A stretch of 47,846 bases of DNA from Chromera velia (Eukaryota). Under the pieces are notes generated by a model that saw nothing but the letters and a program-made list of their open reading frames with translations, had not been told where the DNA came from and searched no databases. Shown piece after piece: positions 11,401 through 23,494 of this stretch. The stretch covers positions 1 through 47,846 of the forward strand of contig JAHBMJ010000447.1 of NCBI GenBank assembly GCA_018398765.1, read 5' to 3'. The translations under genes were made by a program, and so were the position numbers. The stretch's first letter is position 1. Every line of letters begins with the position of its first letter.

Positions 11401-14400
11401 AGATGATGCCATCAATGAGGAGTTCCTCCAGCCTGGAGTCCACATCTGCCAGCCCCAGGTTGGAGGCAACCTTCTCGATTGTCTCCACGACCATCTTCCT
11501 GTAGGGCTCGCTGCCGTCCTTCAGGTCCTCCACGATCCGACTGATGATGTCGGCACCCCCAACCTGAATTGGTTCGGGCAGGCAAGCAGGCAGGCCAATG
11601 AACGAACGAACAGAAACACGGACAGGCATGCATGGAGGAGGGATGACGCTCCGCCGTCCCATACACAAAAAATGGAAAGAACTGCTACGGATGCATGAAA
11701 GAAGGGACCCACGGGATGCGTAGAATTCATGGTCATCTTGCGTGCTAGAATGTTCTGAGTTGACACGGCTCTTTCCCCAAAACTCTTCAGCCCCAGTGGA
11801 TGCATCACCGGTACCCCCGCGTGACCCACCGACCGACCGACCGACCGACCGACCTTGTTAGCAAGTTCCACAGTTGTGTCCACCAGCTGTCGGTAGTTCC
11901 TCCTGTCCAGAGCGTTCCTGACCACCCAGAAAGAGGAGAAGTAAGCAGGGAGCACCTCCTCACGGACGTACTGAGGGTCGACTCCCTCTGTGCCAACGCA
12001 CTGCTTCACGACCTTCAGAACGATCTTCTTCATCTCCTCATCCGGCGTTGCGAACTCTCTGCAAACAAACAAATGAGGGGGGGAGAGGTGGAAGGAACGA
12101 CGCAAGGAAGGAAACAAATGCAACAAAGGCCGCGGAGAGGGAGGGCTTTGATGCGATGCCGACCGACTGTCGAGACACTGCACACGAACAGGAACGAGAA
12201 GACGATGCGGCGAGGGTGAGCATCGACACGAATCACTGTTCAGATGAATGGCATTTCGCACGCAAGAAGAGCAACACTTGTCACGAATGGCAGGAATAAA
12301 GCTTGGTCTATCTCCGAAATGCCTGAGAGGAATAATCAAAGCTGCTTGCCACCTAACCGACCGAACGAGGATGACCATCACCTCCCGAGTGTAGTAGTTC
12401 GCGTGGTCGGGGTCCATCAGGGGAATGATATACCCGATGGCCTTCAGAAAAGCGGCCAGGCCCTTTCCCCTGTGCTCAGTGATGCCGGACCACAGGGGAC
12501 GGAGCACGGAGTCAAAGCACTCAATCCCGTAGGGAGTGGCGGCTTCAGCAAGGGCAGCAATTGCGAGAGCAGTGATTGTCCTCACCTGCCAGGCACACAC
12601 GCAGGCAGGCACACACACAGGCAGAGGGGCGGGCAGGGAAGCAGAGGGGCAGAAAGGGAAGATCGTCATTGTTTGAAAGCACACAGACACACAGAGGAAG
12701 ATAGATTAGACACTTTGAACGAGAAAGAGACGAAAGCAGACTGACGGATCCATTTTTCAAATCTTCTCTGCATTTCCGAGTCCCGCCCCCCTCTCTCTCC
12801 TTTTGCGCATCCAAACGCCTCTTTCTCATTATCGAAGATTCACCACACCTCTCGCCCCCTGTCTGTCTGACTGACCTTCTGCTCCTCATCCTGCAGACCG
12901 TGTTGGATGATCTGCACGAGATCCTTCAGGTGAGGGAGGACCGCACACCCCACCTCAATCGAAATCTGCTGGACAATCTTCACACCTGTGTGTCGGGCCT
13001 GCCAGCTCTTTTTCGATCTGCACACGGCCCGGAGGAACTGAATCAACGTGTTGATGCCCAAAGCAGAGGCCACCACTGCGAACGCCTTCGCTGTACAGTT
13101 CCGCACGTACTCGTCGGGATGATCCAAATCGGGGCGCATTGTGGCAATCATCGTTGCCAGACCGGCGGCCTTGGCGAGGTTCGAGATCACTTCCTTGCCC
13201 TCCTGTCGGGCGTAGTAGTCTTCATCGATAAGCATCGGCTCGATCACCACCAAAATCTTGTGGACGTACGGACGGACCTGCAGATCCAGAGGCGTACATC
13301 CATCTCTATACTCCTTTCTTCCAGCGCAATCAAATGAATGCAGCGACAGGGAGAAACAAAAAAAAAAGAGGGGGGGCAGGTAGATCAACAGGGCTGCAGG
13401 ACTCCTCTTCTTCCTATTTCTTTCATCACCAAGACAAAAATGGAAGGAAAGAGAAAAAATCAAGCAGAAGAAGAGCAAGATGCACCTCATCCTCCAGTTT
13501 ATGGAGCACCCTCTGGATGCACTTCACCAGCAGATGTCTCTCCTGGTCCTCCAAAGTTGAGGACATCATCAGGGGCAGAATCTGCACACACTCACACACA
13601 CACAAAGGAATAAGCACTTGAGAACCAGGAAGGAGAGGCGTACAAAGGGCCACACAGAGGCACACTGATCGACAGAGGCACATCAAAACGACAAAGAGAA
13701 TTTCAGAAAGGCTTGCAGGAATACGCGCGCCAGGAAGAGAACACGACTTCCTTCGCCTCCTTCTGTGTTTATGCGAGTACATTCCAAATATGCAGATACA
13801 CAGACTAAGACGAACAAACCCACAAACACAAAGAGACACAGAGGTCGACGCACGCACGCAAGCGCACAAACCTGATTGAAGAGAGGCCCCGGCCCGAACT
13901 CCCTCGCCTTGTCTTGCAGTTGCCTGAAGGCAGACCGCCTCATCGGGGGAGTCCCGTTTTTGATCTTCAGGAGGATTCGCATGATCTTCCTCTCCTTGAT
14001 CTCAGTGGGGGACAGCGACTTTTCATCGTCGCTCGATAGCAGTTTGCCTGCAGGGAGGGAGGGAGAGAAACAGAGAGAAGAAAAGGATCGTTCAGTCTGG
14101 CGCATGCATGTCCTAATAGAAGATCCGCATGCATGTACTAATAAAAGGAGCATGCAATCATGCAGACATGCGTACCGACGCAGAACGATGCCGCTAAAAC
14201 GGGCAATGAGGCGGGAAGAAGACGCAGAATGGAATGGAAGAAGTCAGACAGGCACATAACTGCGCAAAAAAATGGGTTGAAGGAAAAAGAACCAACAGAA
14301 CGATTGAATTAACAAACGCACTCACTCACTCACTCACTCACTTACTGACCAAAGTACTGCATATCCTCTGGTTTGATGTCTGGCAGTTCCCCCCCGGCCA

Positions 14401-17400
14401 CAGCTGCTCCATGTTCCTCCGGGAGCGCGGTGGGACCCGCACCCTCCATGGTGACCTTGGTGGCCTCCGGAATTTGGTACAGAGGTGTGGCACCCATCGG
14501 CGTGGCCCCCATGAGGGAGGCTGCAGTGGGCCCAGCCTTCCTGACGGGCTGGTAGTCCTTGGGGGGTTGGACGATTTCGTAGCCCTCCTTTGGAAGGATA
14601 GCGTCCAGCTCTGCGTCTGTCATGGGCAGATTGCGTGCGTCAACGTCCCGAGTGATGGCAGCCTCCTTCATGGCTGCAGGGGTCATCGGGGTGGCTGGAG
14701 TCATCATGCCGCTGGGCATTCCTGTCATTCCCTGCAGATAAGAGAAGAGAAAAAAGAGGGGGGGGAGGGGGAAATGAGATGGAGGGAAGAGGCAGACCGC
14801 TTTGAAGCCAGCTGTTCCTTAGAAGGCAACTTGTTAGGGGAAAGAACAAAGCAGAACAGTTCTCTGCTTCGCCTTCGGACTTCTGGTGCGCGCGTGTATT
14901 TTCCTTATCTTTCTGATGGGATGTCAGGCTTTCAAGAAGAAAACGGAATTTCTCCACAGGAACGCCCAAAAGAAAAACTTTTCCCTTCTCATCAGCACCT
15001 CTTACTCCCACAAGACCGTCTGCTGACTGACCAACGGTGTCTGTCCAAAGGGAGTTGCCCCTGGCGTCATCCCCCCAATTCCCGGTGTCATCCCAGGTGT
15101 CATGCCTACAGGGGTGATCCCCCCCATCGCCATTCCCCCCGGGGTCATCCCCTCAATCGGGGTAGCGTCCCATCGGGAGGAACGCCTCTTACTCGGCCCC
15201 GCCCCTGCGGCAGCCGCGGCCGCCCCTGGCGTCTCCCCCCCCCCGATCATGGGGGTCTCCCCCCACGATCCAGGCAAGGGCGTCTCCCCGAGCATCGGCG
15301 TCTCCGACGCAGAGTGCCCAGGGGTGCCCTGCACGCAAGCACACACACACTCACACTTCGTTCGTTCACGCGTTCAGAGTTCTAGCGTCATGCGGGCATG
15401 CACCAAAAACAATTCCTCTGGATTCTCCCGAAGAAAAGAGAAAACGACACGCTCCCTTCCAAGGTACAACCAGTGGATTGAGTCAGCCCCTCACTCATCG
15501 AGCACTCTTTCATGTCATGCAGCCAGTAGTCTCACAGAAATGAGAACGACAGACACAGAAAGCCAAGGAAGGAAGAAAGACAGACTGACCCCCCACGACG
15601 GCGTTTCCATCCCTTGATTGATCATCGGCGTGTCCCAACGGGAGACGCCATTGGCTCCTCCTGCGCCTCCAGACTCTGCAGGTCGAAGGAAGGAAGGAAG
15701 GAAGGAAGGAAGGAAGGGAGGAAGGAAGGAAGAAAGGAAGGAAGGAAGGAAGGAAGGAGGGAAGGAAGGAAGGAAGGAAGGAAGGAAGGAGGGAAGGAAG
15801 GAAGGAAGGAAGGAAGGAAGGAAGAAGAGATTCCATGGAGTGTCGGAAAGGAGGAAACAGAGAGGAAAGGAGAGAACAGAAAGAGAGACAGAGTGGGGAG
15901 ACAAGTAAGGGAAGGAGAAGAGAAGTACACACCCCGTCATCTATCTTCTCTTTCCCTTCTGGTTCTAAATCGATGGCTGCACCACTCGATGGATGGATGC
16001 AGTGAATTCATTCATTCTCTTTCTGTCTGTCGCCTCGTCTCGCAAGGACATGGGATGAGAGAGTCCCTCGGCCTGCTGCCCCCTCTCATTAAGACAAAGT
16101 CATTTCATTTCACGAACCGCATTCGTCCCCCTGCTCTCCAAATACAAAGAAAGAAATCGAAGGCAGCCGGCCGGCCGACACCCCAACGGACCTTCCGTTG
16201 TCTGGTCCCATCTTCTTTTCTTCTTCGCCTGCTGCACCGCCCCGTTCGTTGCAGCCCCCTCCCCTCCCTCCCCTGCAGCTGCTCTAATGACTCCCTCGTC
16301 CCTCTTCTTCTGCAACTTCCGCTGGATTTCCTGTTTCTCCTTGTCCAGCTCCTGCTCTTGCATAACGTCCGCATGCGTCCTGTCATCCCCCGACGGTCCC
16401 CTGCCCGCAAACGGATCGGCTCGAGGGGGGGACAGCATGCGGTCGTGCATCTGTCTCTGATAAGCATTTTGCCGCGAAAAAATGGACTTGTCCTTGCGGG
16501 AATCCTCCAAAATATCTGGAACTTCCTCCTGCTCCTCGTCCGCCCGCTGCATCTCCTTAAAGGCATTCTTTGAAGTGCTGTACGTCGCGTAATTGTGTAT
16601 GCGGCTCTGGGCCTGTTGCTCCATCCTCAGCTCCATGGCTGCTGCCTCTGCGTCTGTGGGCAGCTCCGAAACGTACTGCCCTCCTCCTCCACCCATCATT
16701 CCCATCAAGGACTCATCCTCCATTGGAGCGTCGGAGAGACTCACGTCTGCAGAAAGAGGAAGAGAAAAGAATAAATACGTTAATTCTTGCAGGTGTACTC
16801 CTACTCCAACAAAACCATGCACCCACCCCGAACAACGGTGAGTGCTGGCACTGGATGTACCTTTCCGCTTCTGCGTCTTTGACATGAAAGAAGACAGTTG
16901 AGAGCGAGAGGAGAGGGAGAGGAACCCTCGCTACTTAGAGGAGGCAAGGGGGGAGCCAGCCACTCTCTCTCTCTCTCTGTGTCCCCAAGGAGACTTCGAA
17001 CGAGGGAGTGGGTGGGATCTTCGACAAGGGAGGGAGATGGGCAGAAAGGATCCCGTCTCCAGGTGAGACACACAGAGTGACAGAAAGTTGGGCATCGACG
17101 GAGAGAGGGGCAAACCGACAAAACAAACAGAACGAACGGACGAACGGTCTGTGGGAGGACAAAGCGGAGACGGAGAGGAAGTTAAAGAGAAGACGCGAAG
17201 AGGCTCGTGTGAACCCGCGCACGTCCTTGAACGCCTACAACCCGATGGCTCTACAACCCAAAATTCAGAGAAGAGAAGAGAAGAGAAGAGAGGAGGGGAC
17301 AGGAGGGGAAAGCAGAACGTAGGAACATGGACAGACAGAAGGGTAGGTTGATCAAGCTCAGAGAGAAGAAGAGCAGGTCTGCCCCAACTCTAGCACTCAC

Positions 17401-17431
17401 CTTTCCGAACCTCTCCGTGGCCGTTCTGCAT
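8178..17431 (-). CDS. SF3B1: Splicing factor 3B subunit 1 (SF3b155/Hsh155), 18 exons, about 1300 aa
   Basis: Exons 17431-17401, 16746-16192, 15675-15590, 15328-15032, 14731-14350, 14047-13872, 13581-13486, 13277-12876, 12585-12362, 12058-11854, 11563-11384, 11112-10855, 10563-10327, 10052-9948, 9613-9431, 9224-9030, 8751-8656 and 8372-8178 all have GT-AG borders and join in frame (3903 nt). The product has RWD ULM motifs, TP repeats and near-identical HEAT-repeat sequence ([62 protein letters not shown]). Exon 1 has a GCCGCCATG context and is the least certain exon. Confidence 0.97.
15686..15822. repeat. (GGAA)n microsatellite in an SF3B1 intron
   Basis: Directly visible imperfect GGAA array. 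A shorter one lies at about 391-450. Confidence 0.95.
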
Positions 17432-18280
17432 GGCGGCTCTAGAATGAGTGAGAGGCTTTTGCTTTTTAAAAGACCCGAGTCGTATGCAATCCTCGCCAGA
17501 CCGACTACCAGTCTGTCTGCCTCACTGGAGGGTTTTTCGGGAGTCCTCCCCTCCAGTTTGCTGCTGGACGGAGAAACAAACCACTGCTTCCCTCCCCCTG
17601 GCCACTACCTATACAGGTAGAAGAGGCAAGTGAGGGATAAAGGACCGGGAAACAGTCAAAGTGCTAGGCAAAGAGCAGCTATTTTTGGGTTTTTGTTTTC
17701 TCCACGAGACGGAAAACTGACACAGAAATTATGCGGGAAAGAAGTCTCGACCTCACTCCTTGATCAAAAAGCTTGCTGTCGTATTTGGAGAAGGATTAGA
17801 AAGAATTCACAAGTTCCGCCTCAGAAACTCCACAGAGTGCATGATTTAAGACGGAACATGGCAGATTTATGGCAGAGTTTCCATGAGTTTCCCTCATGTT
17901 TCCCTCACCTTCCTTTGAACCGGGCACTTCCAAAAAATTTGCGAACGACGTTTGTGCGTATATTTTCGTGCCCCCCAAGCAGCTTCATTGTACTGATGAG
18001 CGCGTGCGAGCTGTCCCGTACTATCCCGTACTTAAAAATGAGTATACCATTGAACCAACTGTCATTTGGCAACTTGCCTCAGCGGCTGTTAGGCAAGTTG
18101 GTGTTCACATGTGTCCACAATAGCTGACTTCTTTCAATGCGGAGTCTGCTTCACGTGGAATTCAAGGTATGTAAGCTGAAGTGGACGAGCGTTCATTTGT
18201 AAGAGTTTGTCGGCAGTCAGACTGATTGAGTCGAGTGCACGTGACACACGAGGCCAGTCAGTCAGCTGGGTGATTCGAAA
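17432..18280. promoter_or_regulatory. Probable bidirectional promoter and 5' UTRs between SF3B1 and UPF2
   Basis: Only 849 bp separate the two divergent ATGs, and the interval is free of microsatellites. No specific element was identified. Confidence 0.55.
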
Positions 18281-19963
18281 ATGGGGGGTCCCTCCGACGA
18301 GGGTTCTGCTCCTGCCATGTCAGATGAGGAGTTGAAGAAGCTGAAGGAAGAGGTTGAGCAGAGGAAGGCGGAGGAGATGAAAGACGACACCGAACGAGCC
18401 CGTCTCCTCGAGGCTAACAAGACAGCACTGGAGGGAGGAAGGCAGTTAGAGGGAAAGCGCGACAAGTCAATCCAGAAGATTTCGAATTTCAAAAACCGAT
18501 TGAAGAAAATTGCCGAATCAGAGCGTAAAATTCTTCTGGAGGAGGTGAAGAAGTTGAATGTCGGAATGTACCTGGAGGAGTTGGCAGATGCCGTCTCCGA
18601 GCTCAACTTCAAGCAGAAGGACCTGCCACTTGCTGTGGAGCTGTGCTGTGCTCTTCACCAACAGTACGAAGGCTTCACTCCAGCTCTCCAGAAGGCCCTG
18701 GGCAAAGCATTTCAAGCGGCAGGAAAGGGAGTACAGGGGAGTCTGGCAGCGGATCCGGCTGGGGCCTCTTCTTCTAGTTCCTCCTCGTCTTCTGCAGGGT
18801 CGGGGGCCGTCTCCGCCCTCTCTGGGTGGACCGTGGCGTACCAGAATGAATTGGCGGGGCTGCTCACAAAGAGGAAATTGGCAACGCGTCTGGCAGGTGA
18901 GATGGGAGGAGGAGAACGGAGAAAGAGAAAAGAAAGCACCTACGCTGATAAAAAAGGACGACGCTTTTTTTTCTTCTTTGCAGAAGCCAAAAAGAACACG
19001 GATCAGCGAGGCAATGCTTTGGTCAAACAGAAGAGGAAAGCTTCAGAGAGCCCAGAAATGCTGCTAAAGATCTCTAGGTTCCTTCTTGTTGGTTTGTTTC
19101 GCTTTTTTCTCTCTGCTTCATTAAAAGGTCGACTCTCTCCTATCATCCAGAGACCCTAAACCTAAACACGTCGGCAGGACGCGCCCTATCTTTGATTCTC
19201 CTTTTTTCGCTGTTTCTGTCTGTTTTTATTGCAGGAGAGCTGTATCTGACGGGAGTCTTCGAAGACGAAAAACTTATCGGGAGTATCCTCAAACTTCTCT
19301 GCACTCCTCCTGCACCCTCTGTAAGTTTCCTTCTTTCTTTTTTTCTTTATGTCTTTCTTGCTTGCTTGCTTTCTTGCTTTCTTTGTTTGTTTCCTTCTTT
19401 CTTTCTTTCTTTCTTTCTTTCTTTTCTTTCTTTCTTGCTTTCTTGCTTTCTTGCTTTCTTGCTTTCTTTCTTTCTTTCTTTCTTTCTTGCTTTCTTTCTT
19501 TCTTGCTTTCTTTCTTTCTTGCTTTCTTGCTTTCTTGCTTTCTTTCTTTCTTTCTTTCTTTCTTGCTTGCTTGCGTGCTTTCTTTCTTTCTTTCTTTCTT
19601 TTCCTTCTTTCTTGCTTGCTTTCTTTCTTTCTTTCTTTTTTTCTTTCTGTCTTTTCTTTCTTTCTTTTTTTCTGTCTTTTCTTTCTTTCTGTCTTTTATT
19701 TCTTTCTGTCTTTTTTTTCTTTCTGTCTTTCTTTCTTTCTTTCTTTCTTGCTTGCTTGCTTGCTTGCTTTCTTTCTTTCTTTCTTTCTTTTCTTTCTTTC
19801 TTGCTTTATTTCTTTCTTGCTTGCTTGCGTTCTTGCTTCCTTTCTTTCTTTTTTTCTTTCTTTCTTGCTTGCTTGCTTGCTTGCTTGCTTTCTTTCTTTC
19901 TTTCTTTTCTTTCTTTCTTGCTTTATTTCTTGCTTGCTTGCTTGCTTCCTTTCTTTCTTTTTT

Positions 19964-19994
<31 letters not shown>

Positions 19995-21056
19995 GTCTTG
20001 CTTGCGTTCTTTCTTCCTTTCTCCCTCTCTTTTACCCACTCTTTTTCTGACACGTTTTGGTATTTTTGATTAGTCGGCTATTGAAACAGAGAAGGGGAGA
20101 CTAGCGCAAGTGGAAAGCTGAAGGGTCCCAAATGGCTGGTTTTCTATTCCCTTTCTTCTCTTTTCCCCACCCCCCTTGCGGCAGGCGACTGCAGCATCCG
20201 CAGACGCACAGCAGGACAAGGAGAAGGACGGACAGGGTCCAGAACAACAACCACAAACGACAGACCCGTCAGAGGACATCCTCCAAGCACACCTGGCGTG
20301 CCTCGAATTCGTCCTCAAGTCAGCAGCCACAATCGACCAGCCTTCTTCTCTCTTGTCTCTGTTCTCCTCCCCCCCCCACACACACCCGACGGAAATACGC
20401 ACACAGAGGATATCAAAAGGAGGAATGATCTTTCCTTTCCTGCCGATGTCCCCCCTTTCATCTTTCCCGTCTCTTCTCCCCCCCCTCTCAAATACATCCC
20501 TTCTCTTCTGCTCGCTGTCTGTCTGTGTGCAGAAAGATGGGCACGGCGCTTCTCCGCACAGTGCCGAAGAAGGAAGCGGACTTGAATCGACAAAGCAAAA
20601 CCAAGGGGGAGGGGGAGGGGGCAGAAGGAAAGGAAGCCGAAGAAGGGGAGGACAAGAGGATCGCCGTGGCCGAAAAAACTGCAGGAGAGAAGATGAGTGC
20701 ACTGGTCGGTCAATAGTTGTGCTGTTTTTAGTAAGCAGCTTCTTCTGAATGTGGGAGAAATAGAGACTGCATGTCCATTTGTTTTCACTTCTGAGTGACG
20801 TCGTTCACAGAGTGACGATGTTTCATGCTGTTTATGTCCTTGCCCAATCATTTTTTGCTTGCTTCTATTTTTCCGGTCGGTTTCGTTTACTCGATCTCTC
20901 ACACCGAGAAGGACTTCGACGAGGAAAGAGGGCTGAAAAGAAAAGAAACAGGGGGGAAATGAAAGTGCGTTGAATTCTTGCGTTGGTGTCAGAAGGGAGG
21001 AAAGCGTGTCTCCCTCCCTGCCTCCCTCCCTCTCTCTCTCCCCCCCCCCCTCTCTC

Positions 21057-21090
<34 letters not shown>

Positions 21091-23398
21091 TGTATCCGTC
21101 CGTCCGTCCGTCCGTCCATCTCTGTGCGTGCAGGTGAAGGGGTTCGTTCGCACAAGCGGGAGAAGGATTCTTGAGAGGGCGCACTGGCAGGTAGGCAGAC
21201 AGACTAAAAAAACAGGTTGAATGAATGACGGAGAGACAGGGAGGGCCTCTGTCTCCCCCCAACCCCCCCAGCTCTCCTCAATCAATCAAGTGTCTCCTTC
21301 CTTCCTCATCTCAACACACAAATACTGCATGTATTTATGGGCGTCTCTGGATGTTTTTTCTCTTCTGTCAAGCGTGAAGATCCATTCTCCCTCCGGCTCT
21401 CGCTTCCGTCACCTATACGCCTCTGCCTCTCCCCCCCCTCCCTCTCTCTGTCCTCTCTCTCAGATGACAGACCAGGAGCAGAGAAACCACACGGCACGAG
21501 TCGAGAGGGGCGTCGTGGAACCAGAAGCCATGTCGAGGTCAGCAGAGAGGGCATGAAAGTAAATGCAAAAAAGAGCAAAAAAGTCGTGGAACCAGAAGCC
21601 ATGTCGAGGTCAGCAGAGAGGGAGGCAGTGAGTGAAAAAAAAACGCTTTTTTACAATGGCTTCTGTGTTTCTTGCCAGTGGAAGCGAATGCTTCATTTTC
21701 TCTTTTTTGAAGTCTGCTGCTGACTGTTGTTCTATCACATGCCTTGCGAGCTTCTTCTTTGTTGGTGGCGATCGGGCTGCTGTTGTCTAGGTGGGGGTCA
21801 GGCAGAAAAGAAGCACCAAGCTCGAGAGGGATGGGCAAGCAGAAAGTTGCTGTCTCTCTTTTCATAGCATTTCTTAGAGCTCCTGTCTGCGCGAAAGAAC
21901 ACCGATTGCAGGTACCAGGAGCTCCGCAACGCCCACCAGCGGGTGCAGACGCAGTTGGCCTTCATTGCTGACCTCGTGTGTGAGGAGATGCCCAGGATGG
22001 TGGATGCTGCAGGTCCGTCCGTCGGCTTCTGAACTTGTCGGGCAGTCACTATGTCCGAGTCTGTATGTCACAGTCTATATGCTTTGCCCAAGTGTCGACC
22101 GCTTCTCTGAAAGACTAGAAAAGAACAGAAAGGGGTAGAAAGAGGGTCTTGTCTTTCTCTTTTTTGTTCCTTTTCTCTGTCCTGTTTGCAAGCAAGCATG
22201 CAGCCGATTCAAAGCTGAAAATCAAACTCGCTTTCTCCCGCCCCACCCCCTAATCTGCCGACGTTTTGGAATTCCGACTGCTGCACAAACCTGCCTACCT
22301 GTCCAGCTGTGCATTGGTTGCGTGTGAAGTTTGGCTTTCCTCTTTTTTGTTCTCTTCTCTACTTGACTAATGACTTCGTCTCTGTCTGCCACTTTTTCGT
22401 CTGTGTGCCTGCAGAGAAGGAGGGTGGTGTGCGTTTGGCTGCTGCGGAGACGGCAGAGACGGGGAAGGAGAAGGAGGCGGAGGAGAAGGAGGAAGACCCG
22501 GAAACGCTGAAGTGGGAGGACGCAGGAGACAGGTGGGGACGGGGAGGGAGTAGATTTTCTCTTTGGCTGTTCATCTGTTCTCGATTTTGTTTTACTTTTT
22601 TTCAAAAGAAGAAACAAGCACGCAGTCTGTTTGTCTGCTCGTCTTTTTGTCTCTCGTCCGTAGGTAGATGGATCTATCTCATGTGATGCTGTTGTGCCAG
22701 CCGTCCTTGTCGTTCCCCCTCTTGTTTGTCCTTCTCCCTCTCTCGCGCTCTCTCTCACACACTCACACACCGTGTGTGTGTGTGTGTGTGTGTATGTGTG
22801 TGTGTGTGTGTGTGTGGACATTTGTTTTTTCATTTTTGTGGCTGTCTGCAGAAAGTTCTACGAGGACGTGCTCGACTTGAAGGACATTCTTCCAGGGGTT
22901 CTTCTGGGCCTAGATAAGGAGAAGGAGAAGGAGCGGAAGGAGAAAGAGAAGGAAAAGAAGGAAAAAGAAAGAGATCTGCTAAGTGAAAGCCAACAAGAAA
23001 AAAAAAAAGAGAAGGAGAAGGAGAAGGAACGAATCATTCCGGGACTCCCACCTCCACCTCCAGCACCGACTGTCCCTCTCGCGGTCTGTCTGTGGGTCGT
23101 TTGGCGTTCCAATTGCATACTATGTGTTGCTGTCAATCAGCCTTTTGCTCTGTCTTTTTTTTCCTCTTCTCCCATCTCTCCGTACAACCACGTCTGAATT
23201 TGCTTCCTCTCTCTTTACTTCACCAGAGTTTCTTTTTTCTCTTCCATCATCTGGGGGCCACTCCTCATCTCACTTCATTTCTTCAACTCCTCATGAAAAC
23301 CGCTGGGTGATGAAGAGCGCTGAAATTTCGGACTTGAAAAGAGAATTTTGCTACATCTGTGTGACTTTCCTCTCTCTCCTCTGCGTGTGTGTGTGTGC

Positions 23399-23438
<40 letters not shown>

Positions 23439-23458
23439 GTGTGTGTGTGTGTGTGTGC

Positions 23459-23494
<36 letters not shown>

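Noticed and set aside
14234..16573. Long plus-strand ORFs (383 and 319 aa)
   Set aside because: Antisense to SF3B1 exons and extended by the GGAA microsatellite.
19192..20073. Several 230-290 aa F/L/S-rich or K/E/R-rich ORFs
   Set aside because: Translation of a stop-free microsatellite inside UPF2 intron 2.
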